Shown: positions 8,370 to 14,197 of the stretch, piece after piece
Numbering within the stretch: the first letter of the stretch is position 1
Layout: each line of letters opens with the position of its first letter
NCBI GenBank assembly: GCA_039803745.1
Contig: JBDRZD010000038.1
Span: 1 to 17,843 of the forward strand
Length of the DNA: 17,843 bases
Source of the DNA: a candidate division WOR-3 bacterium
GTDB lineage: Bacteria; Hydrothermota; Hydrothermia; Hydrothermales; Hydrothermaceae
Reading direction: 5' to 3'
The notes under the pieces: model-generated
What the model saw: the letters and a program-made list of their open reading frames with translations, nothing else
Database searches by the model: none
What the model was told of the DNA's origin: nothing
Program-made: the position numbers and the translations under genes

Positions 8370-9361
8370 AATAACTTCTTCTCTTTAAAAAATAATTCAA
8401 TTGATTTTTTTGTTAAAACTCTTCCTCTTGCTGTTTTTTCAATAAATCCTTCCCTTATTAAATATGGTTCATATACTTCTTCTATTGTTCCTTCATCCTC
8501 ATCAAGAGCAGAGGCAAGCGTCTTAAGTCCTACTGGTCTATTGTGAAACTTGTAATATATTGTTTCAACTATTTTTTTGTCCATTTCATCAAGTCCATAT
8601 TCATCAACTTCCATTTTTGAAAGAGCATACTTTGCAATTTCCTCGTCAATTATCCCTCTGCCTTTAACAATTGCAAAATCCCTTACCCTTTTTAAAAGTC
8701 TGTTTGCTATTCTTGGTGTTCCTCTTGATCTCTTTGCTATTTCATTTATCCCTTCCTTACTTGTTTCTATTTTTAAAATTTTTGCAGACCTTTCAATTAT
8801 TTTATTTATTTCTGATACACTGTAATAATCTATCCTTATTTGAATTCCAAATCTTGATCTTAAAGGGCCTGTTAAAAGTCCTGTTCTTGTAGTTGCTCCT
8901 ATCAATGTGAATGGTGATAGTTTAAATTTTATTGATTTTGCTCCTGGTCCTTTATCCACCATTAAATCAATTTCATAATTTTCCATTGCAGAATAAAGAT
9001 ATTCTTCTACATTTTTTGGGAGTCTATGTATTTCATCTATGAATAAAATACTCATTGGTTTTAATTTTGTCAGTATTCCTGCTAAATCAAAGGGTTTTTC
9101 AATAACGGGTCCTGATGTTGCAATTATTTCTGTTTCCATTTCATTTGAGATACAATGGGCAAGTGTAGTTTTACCAAGACCCGGTGGACCTGAAAGGAGA
9201 ATATGGTCAAGGAGCCCTTTTCTTTTCTTTGCCGATTTTATGAATACTTCAATATTTTCTTTAATTCTATCCTGCCCGATGAATTCTTTTAATCTTTTTG
9301 GTCTTAATTCTATCTCTAATATTTTATCTTCTTCAAGCGGATATGGAGAAGTTATTTTCAT
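8366..9361 (-). CDS. ruvB: Holliday junction branch-migration AAA+ ATPase
   Basis: LRPKRLKEFIGQ, Walker A GPPGLGKTTLA, Walker B FIDEIHRL, EEYLYSAME, GATTR.GLLTGPLRSRFG, SRGTPRIANRLLKRVRD, EPYL..GFI.KTARGR. Confidence 0.98.
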   Translation of the reverse strand: MKITSPYPLEEDKILEIELRPKRLKEFIGQDRIKENIEVFIKSAKKRKGLLDHILLSGPPGLGKTTLAHCISNEMETEIIATSGPVIEKPFDLAGILTKLKPMSILFIDEIHRLPKNVEEYLYSAMENYEIDLMVDKGPGAKSIKFKLSPFTLIGATTRTGLLTGPLRSRFGIQIRIDYYSVSEINKIIERSAKILKIETSKEGINEIAKRSRGTPRIANRLLKRVRDFAIVKGRGIIDEEIAKYALSKMEVDEYGLDEMDKKIVETIYYKFHNRPVGLKTLASALDEDEGTIEEVYEPYLIREGFIEKTARGRVLTKKSIELFFKEKKLF

Positions 9362-9951
9362 TGAAGAAGTTTCAACAATTTGTTCCCCATTTCTTTTGCT
9401 TTCGCCTGTCCTATTATTATTGCCGAAGCACTCTGTAAATTTATAATAAATTTTTTTGTTTTCTTTAAACTTGCATCATTTACATCTATTCTTGCATCCT
9501 TTAATTGGTTTTCAAAAATTGGATATGCAAAAGCCCCTAAATATTCCTCCAAAATTTTTTTAATCTCTTCAAATATTCTGGGTTCCACTTTTATTTCCTC
9601 TTCAGGTGGTGGAGCAGGTTTTTCTTTTGGTGGTGCAGGTGTTACCTTTGGTGGAGTAACAGTTTCTTTTTTTAGACTTAGAATTTTTTCATTGGCAATT
9701 TTTATAACTTCTTCAATTTCTATTTCCTCATTACTCAAAATACCATAAAATATTCCCTCTTTTTCAAATATGCTGAAAAAGTTTTTATCATATTTTAAAT
9801 TTATTCCTTCAATTGGAAGACCCGAAAAACCTAATGCTTCTTTTAATATTGTAAATATTTTCTTATAAGGAACTATTCTTGGGTCATTTTCAGGGAAAAA
9901 GATAATCTCATCTTTTCTTTGAATTAAAATAAGTTCAATTTTTTCTTTCAT
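9358..9951 (-). CDS. Hypothetical protein: divergent Roadblock-like N-terminal domain, Pro-rich linker, C-terminal helical domain
   Basis: ATGA overlaps with both neighbours. The N-terminal ~90 aa resembles the adjacent Roadblock-like protein (FSIFEKEGIFYGILSNEEIEIEEVI vs IYIFEEKGMYVGIKGEEIDIDKII). Fold assigned by eye. Confidence 0.7.
   Translation of the reverse strand: MKEKIELILIQRKDEIIFFPENDPRIVPYKKIFTILKEALGFSGLPIEGINLKYDKNFFSIFEKEGIFYGILSNEEIEIEEVIKIANEKILSLKKETVTPPKVTPAPPKEKPAPPPEEEIKVEPRIFEEIKKILEEYLGAFAYPIFENQLKDARIDVNDASLKKTKKFIINLQSASAIIIGQAKAKEMGNKLLKLLQ
9608..9660. repeat. Imperfect intragenic repeat encoding a Pro-rich linker
   Basis: GGTGGAGCAGGT (9608-9619) and GGTGGTGCAGGT (9629-9640), 21-nt period; encodes VTPPKVTPAPPKEKPAPP. 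Confidence 0.7.
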
Positions 9952-10631
9952 ATAATCTTTAACCTTTCACTAACCCTTTTAACTTTTTTCCTTGCTTCTT
10001 CAACACCATATTTTGAAACCCCCATTTTCCATATTATATCAATCGCTGATCTGAAACATCTATTAATTTCCTCCTCATTTATTTCAGCATATAAAGGATA
10101 TTTTACTTTTATATCCTTTCCTTCATGTTCTAAATGCTGGGCAAATAATGGTGAAGTATCTTTTATCTTTGCAATTACTACTTTACCCCATCTGATTTCG
10201 TCTCCCTCTGAAAACTCTTTTATTAATTCATTTATTTGTCTCATTTTTGCTTCAACAAATTTCTCAAGAGGCGTAAGAGCTTCTGAGACAGCTTCTTCCC
10301 TTTTCACAGGAGCCTCGACAGCTTCTTCTCTGTAATTTCTAACAAATTCAATTATTTTATCAATATCAATTTCCTCTCCTTTTATTCCCACATACATTCC
10401 CTTTTCTTCAAATATGTATATATTTGAACCATCTCTTAAATATCCCTTTATATAAGAAAAATTTTCAATTCCAATATTTTTTAAAGATGCTTCCCCTGCA
10501 GAGCCAAGAACTCCGATACCCTCTGCAAAGAACTCCCCTTCATTTCCCTTAAAAATTATCTTTCCCTCTTTATTTATAACTGCTACACCTTTAATTCCTT
10601 CCATTTTTAAAATTTCTTCAAATACCTTCAT
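9948..10631 (-). CDS. Roadblock/LC7 (MglB-like) domain protein with C-terminal helical domain (227 aa)
   Basis: From ATG 10631, MKVFEEILKMEGIKGVAVINKEGKII matches the Roadblock helix-'GI.G..VI..EG.II' opening, followed by a helix (..SLKNIGI), three strands and a helix. The ORF-track TTG at 10715 lies deep in the upstream gene; AGGAG lies 14 nt before 10631. Confidence 0.72.
   Translation of the reverse strand: MKVFEEILKMEGIKGVAVINKEGKIIFKGNEGEFFAEGIGVLGSAGEASLKNIGIENFSYIKGYLRDGSNIYIFEEKGMYVGIKGEEIDIDKIIEFVRNYREEAVEAPVKREEAVSEALTPLEKFVEAKMRQINELIKEFSEGDEIRWGKVVIAKIKDTSPLFAQHLEHEGKDIKVKYPLYAEINEEEINRCFRSAIDIIWKMGVSKYGVEEARKKVKRVSERLKII
10287..10328. repeat. Intragenic 12-nt direct repeat with 30-nt period in an interdomain linker
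   Basis: GACAGCTTCTTC at 10287-10298 and 10317-10328; encodes REEAV twice (REEAVEAPVKREEAVSEA). Confidence 0.75.
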
Positions 10632-11496
10632 GTAGGGTTTCGATTCTCCTTTTAAAATTTTCAAATTTTTTCTTACCAAGTATTGTTCCAAAATCAAGTA
10701 TAAACTTTTTTTCAAATAAAGGCAATATTACTTCTTTTATATTTTTAAATGATTCTTTACCTATTATTGATTCTTTTTTTAAAAAAATTTCTCCATTTTT
10801 TTCATCAAAATCTATATTTTCTTCTAATTCTTTAAATCCCGAACTTTTTAAAGCTGTCTTTATAAAACTTGTACAGGATTTTTTAAGTTCAACCGAATCC
10901 TTTGAGTATTCATTAATAAATTCATTGAAAATTTGAATTATTTTTTTGGTTCTTCTTTTTTCTTCTTCAGGATCGAAAATTAACCCCTTTTCAATCAAAA
11001 ATGATACTGATTTATAAGCTTCAAAAAGTCCTATTTGTGATTCAAAAATCACATCTCTTAATTTTTTCTTGCCATCTATAAGACTTAAAATTTTCCAATC
11101 ACTTTTTCTGAGTTTAAGTTTTTCAAAAGAAGCATTTTCAGATTTTAAAAGAACTGCGTCAAGCGGGGGGAGCTTATTTTCAATCTCCCTTATTTCCTTT
11201 GACCTCCTGTCAAATTCTTCAAAAAGTTTTACCGGTTCTCCACCCATTGTTTTTTTAGGAGGTAAAACATTTGGCTCAAATGTTAAATATCCTTCTTTTA
11301 AAAGGGAGAGCTCAAAAAGAGCATCAATCCCTTCTAAATCATTAAAGATCGCATGTGTAAATTTACCTTCCTCTACATATATTTCACCTTCATATCTTGA
11401 CTTTATTTTTATTTTACCCGTTTTTTTATTTATGCTTAAAAAATGAAGCACTTCTACAACACTTATATAAGAAATTTCAGCTCTCAATGCCTCCAT
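10618..11496 (-). CDS. DUF4388 (PatA-N/PATAN-like) domain protein with winged-helix-like middle and C-terminal helical domain
   Basis: LRAEISYISVVEVLHFLSINKKTGKIKI..GEIYVEEGKFTHA..EGIDALFEL..EGYLTF is the DUF4388 pattern. DWKILSLIDGKKKLRDV..FEAYKSVSFLIEKGLI is the wHTH-like segment commonly found after it. Confidence 0.85.
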   Translation of the reverse strand: MEALRAEISYISVVEVLHFLSINKKTGKIKIKSRYEGEIYVEEGKFTHAIFNDLEGIDALFELSLLKEGYLTFEPNVLPPKKTMGGEPVKLFEEFDRRSKEIREIENKLPPLDAVLLKSENASFEKLKLRKSDWKILSLIDGKKKLRDVIFESQIGLFEAYKSVSFLIEKGLIFDPEEEKRRTKKIIQIFNEFINEYSKDSVELKKSCTSFIKTALKSSGFKELEENIDFDEKNGEIFLKKESIIGKESFKNIKEVILPLFEKKFILDFGTILGKKKFENFKRRIETLHEGI

Positions 11497-11537
11497 ATTT
11501 TGAATACTAAAATGTAATACTTTATTATAAGTATATT
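11497..11537. promoter_or_regulatory. 41-bp divergent promoter region
   Basis: + strand: TTGAAT(11500-11505)-17-TATTAT(11523-11528), 9 nt before ATG 11538. - strand: TAGTAT (11509-11504), 7 nt before ATG 11496. Inverted repeat ATACTT-N6-AAGTAT at 11517-11534. The region is AT-rich, so chance matches are possible. Confidence 0.55.
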
Positions 11538-12470
11538 ATGAAAAAAATTTCAATCTTGTTCATATTTTTTTTAACATGCACTTCTCCCTATTTTCCAAAA
11601 GGAAAACCCGAAGAACTTGTTATTTTTTCAGAAGGTCTTTTGAAGATGAAGGATTTTATTGAAACGGAGATTCAGGATACATTTTATACACCGAGACCTG
11701 AGCCAATTTATGATATAATCTTTGCAAAGGTTTCTGAATTTGAAAAATATAAAGGGTATTATACAATATTAATTCTGGCAACACCGAGCTCGGCTTCCTA
11801 TGAGATTTTTAAAGATATTTTCCCTGAAGCACAGAAAAGGGGGGTTTATGAAAAAAGAAAGATTTTTCAAAAAGAGGATTATATAGTTGGAATTCTTGGT
11901 CCTGATGAAGATTATATTCTCTCAGAACTTAAAGAAGTTTTAAACAGGTTAACTTTACGTATTAAAGAACTTTATAAAAAACATGTTTATAATATAATTG
12001 ATGTAAATAATAGTATAAAGAGGGAGATAAAAAAAGAGTATGGTTTTGAGATTGATATACCTACTGGCTTTTTATATATAAAAAAGTCAAAGGATTTCAT
12101 TTCGCTTGGTGCTCATTACCCCGATAGATTTATATTTTTTTATATCAGTGAAAAAGTTCTTGAGCTTGATCCGGAAAAATTGATGGATTTAAGGGACTCG
12201 TTAACAGAGATTTATTATGATGGTGATAAGATTGATAGGGAACTTACGAAGTGGAAAAGGATAAAGATTTTTGATGAAGAAGGTATGGAGATTTATGGGC
12301 ACTGGGAGAATGAAAAGATGAAGATCGGAGGCGCATTTAAAAGTTTGATTTTCAAGAAGAAAGACAGATATTATTTTATTGATATGGGTGTTTTTGAACC
12401 TGAAAAACCAAAACTAAAATATATAAGATGGCTTGAAGCAATAGTATCTACAATGAAATGGAGTTATTAG
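11538..12470 (+). CDS. DUF4837-like lipoprotein
   Basis: Signal peptide MKKISILFIFFLTC with a lipobox-like Cys; PRPEPIY, YGFEIDIP, LRDSL, GHWE..IGGAFKS, VFEPEKPK..IRWLEAI resemble DUF4837 proteins (from memory of the family). Confidence 0.75.
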   Translation: MKKISILFIFFLTCTSPYFPKGKPEELVIFSEGLLKMKDFIETEIQDTFYTPRPEPIYDIIFAKVSEFEKYKGYYTILILATPSSASYEIFKDIFPEAQKRGVYEKRKIFQKEDYIVGILGPDEDYILSELKEVLNRLTLRIKELYKKHVYNIIDVNNSIKREIKKEYGFEIDIPTGFLYIKKSKDFISLGAHYPDRFIFFYISEKVLELDPEKLMDLRDSLTEIYYDGDKIDRELTKWKRIKIFDEEGMEIYGHWENEKMKIGGAFKSLIFKKKDRYYFIDMGVFEPEKPKLKYIRWLEAIVSTMKWSY

Positions 12471-13462
12471 AATTTCTTTCAGATCCAGAAAATTATCCTG
12501 AAAAATCAAAAAGTTTGAAAATTGTTCAAACCCATATATCCTTCATTTTTATCCTTGATAATTATGTTTATAAGATTAAAAAGCCTGTAAATTTTGGATT
12601 TTTAGATTTTAGAGCCCTTGAAAAAAGAAAATATTATTCTTTAAAAGAGGTTGAAATAAATAGAAGACTTGCAAAAGATATTTATATAGGTGTTATTCCC
12701 ATTTCAAAAGTTAAAGATAAATTTGAGTTTTCTGATAAAAATCCTGTTGAATATGCTGTTAAGATGAAAAGGTTACCTGAAGAATTTTTGTTGTCAAATT
12801 TAATAAAGAAAGGGATAAAAGAAAAAGATTTAATAAGGATAGCAGATAAGATAGCAAAATTTCATAATGAAGCAGAAACAAATGAATATATACTATCAAT
12901 GGGCAAAAGGGAAAGGATTAAAATAAACACTGATGAGAATTTTGAGCAAACTGAAAAATATAAAAATATTACAATAAAAGATAAGGATCACGAATTTATA
13001 AAAAAGAGAGTTAATAAATTTTACGAAAATTTTGAGAGTTTATTTGAAAAAAGGATTAAAGAGAAGAAAATAAAGGATTGTCATGGAGATTTGAGGATGG
13101 AGCATATATGTGTTTTAAAAAAGGATATAATAATATTTGATGCAATTGAATTCAATGAAAGATTCAGATACCATGATATTTTAAATGATATTGCCTTTTT
13201 GACAATGGAGATGGATTATGAAGGATTTAGAAAAGAGAAAAAAATAGTTGAGGATAGATGGTTTGAAATATGTGAAAAGGAAAAAAATGAAGAAACATTA
13301 AAGCTATATTATTTTTATTTATCCTATAGAAGTTTTGTAAGGGGGAAAGTCACAAGTTTTTTATTGGATGACCCGTATATAAGTTTTGAAGAGAAAGAGA
13401 AGATTAAAGAAAAGGCAAAAAAATTCTTTGAACTTTCAAAAATTTATATAGAGGAAGTTTGA
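12458..13462 (+). CDS. Aminoglycoside-phosphotransferase-like kinase (COG2187-type), stand-alone domain
   Basis: QTHIS, YVYKIKKPVNFGFLDF, EVEINRRLA..IY, CHGDLRMEHI, IFDAIEFNERFR..D..NDIAFL.MEMD, SYRSFVRGKV. Confidence 0.85.
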   Translation: MELLEFLSDPENYPEKSKSLKIVQTHISFIFILDNYVYKIKKPVNFGFLDFRALEKRKYYSLKEVEINRRLAKDIYIGVIPISKVKDKFEFSDKNPVEYAVKMKRLPEEFLLSNLIKKGIKEKDLIRIADKIAKFHNEAETNEYILSMGKRERIKINTDENFEQTEKYKNITIKDKDHEFIKKRVNKFYENFESLFEKRIKEKKIKDCHGDLRMEHICVLKKDIIIFDAIEFNERFRYHDILNDIAFLTMEMDYEGFRKEKKIVEDRWFEICEKEKNEETLKLYYFYLSYRSFVRGKVTSFLLDDPYISFEEKEKIKEKAKKFFELSKIYIEEV

Positions 13463-13494
13463 CTTAACTTATTTAACTCTAGTATAATTTTTGT
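13459..13494 (+). promoter_or_regulatory. Sigma70-type promoter, probably giving a leaderless mRNA
   Basis: TTGACT(13459-13464)-18 nt-TATAAT(13483-13488)-6 nt-ATG 13495; no SD. Confidence 0.75.
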
Positions 13495-14043
13495 ATGATT
13501 TTTTTTATTTTGATATCATTTTATTTGGGTTTTGATTTCAAAGAAAATCTACTTCCCTATCAATATTTTATTGAATTCCAGAAAAAAACTTTTATTTATG
13601 GCATAGGTGGAAATTTTAATTGGCATAGAAGTAGTGATATAGTAAGAGAATTTTTATTTAATCTTAAAATTGGATTTGAGAAAGGTTCACCTTTAAAAGA
13701 CTTTAATAACCACTGGGTATTTTTATTAATTCCCGGTCATACCTATAAATTTTCTTGGTCAAGATATTATAGTTATGCTGATCAAAAATATTATGATAGT
13801 AAAAAATATGTTCACACTCTTTATATAAATTTTGTGAGCGGAATAAGTGCATCTTTTTTAATAAAAAATTTAGATTTAAAAATAAGGATAGCCAGCCCGT
13901 TTCTTGAATTTTATTATTACAATGAGTTATCTTTAAAAATATCAGATAAAGAAATAAAAGAAAAGGAAAGGTGGGAGAGTTTTTTCTTATATTCTCGACT
14001 TTTAAGAGGTCCATTAATTATTTCTCTTTTAATTAAAATTTAG
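13495..14043 (+). CDS. Hypothetical exported/outer-membrane protein (182 aa)
   Basis: Has its own promoter; short hydrophobic N-terminus MIFFILISF; aromatic-rich alternating segments (YGIGGNFNW, FNLKIGFE, FVSGISASF, LDLKIRI). No family recognised. Confidence 0.65.
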   Translation: MIFFILISFYLGFDFKENLLPYQYFIEFQKKTFIYGIGGNFNWHRSSDIVREFLFNLKIGFEKGSPLKDFNNHWVFLLIPGHTYKFSWSRYYSYADQKYYDSKKYVHTLYINFVSGISASFLIKNLDLKIRIASPFLEFYYYNELSLKISDKEIKEKERWESFFLYSRLLRGPLIISLLIKI

Positions 14044-14197
14044 TAAAAATACAAAAGATTTGGGAATAGTTTGGGAGAATTTTCAAAGAAGAAAAAGAAT
14101 TTGAATATGAGAAATTAAGAAGAAATGGAAAAGTGGTAAAGGGGAAAAAATAAAAGAGTGCTTTAAAAGGTTTGAAATTATTAAATTGAATTTAAAA

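Noticed and set aside
10632..10715. 28-aa N-terminal extension of the Roadblock protein from TTG 10715
   Set aside because: It would overlap the upstream gene by 98 nt, and the Roadblock pattern begins at ATG 10631.
8108..11446. Plus-strand ORFs 8108-8302, 8577-8825, 8671-8892, 9039-9446, 9380-9748, 11069-11446
   Set aside because: Antisense to well-supported genes; the Gly-rich stretch in 9380-9748 is just the complement of the Pro linker.
11519..11546. dif-like sequence (CTTTATTATAA-GTATA-TTATGAAAAAA)
   Set aside because: The spacer between ATAA and TTATG is 5 nt rather than 6, the XerD arm diverges after TTATG, it overlaps a start codon, and such matches are likely by chance at this AT content.
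12458..13462. Antibiotic-resistance gene (aminoglycoside phosphotransferase)
   Set aside because: The motifs match the uncharacterised COG2187 family rather than APH resistance enzymes, and there is no mobile context.
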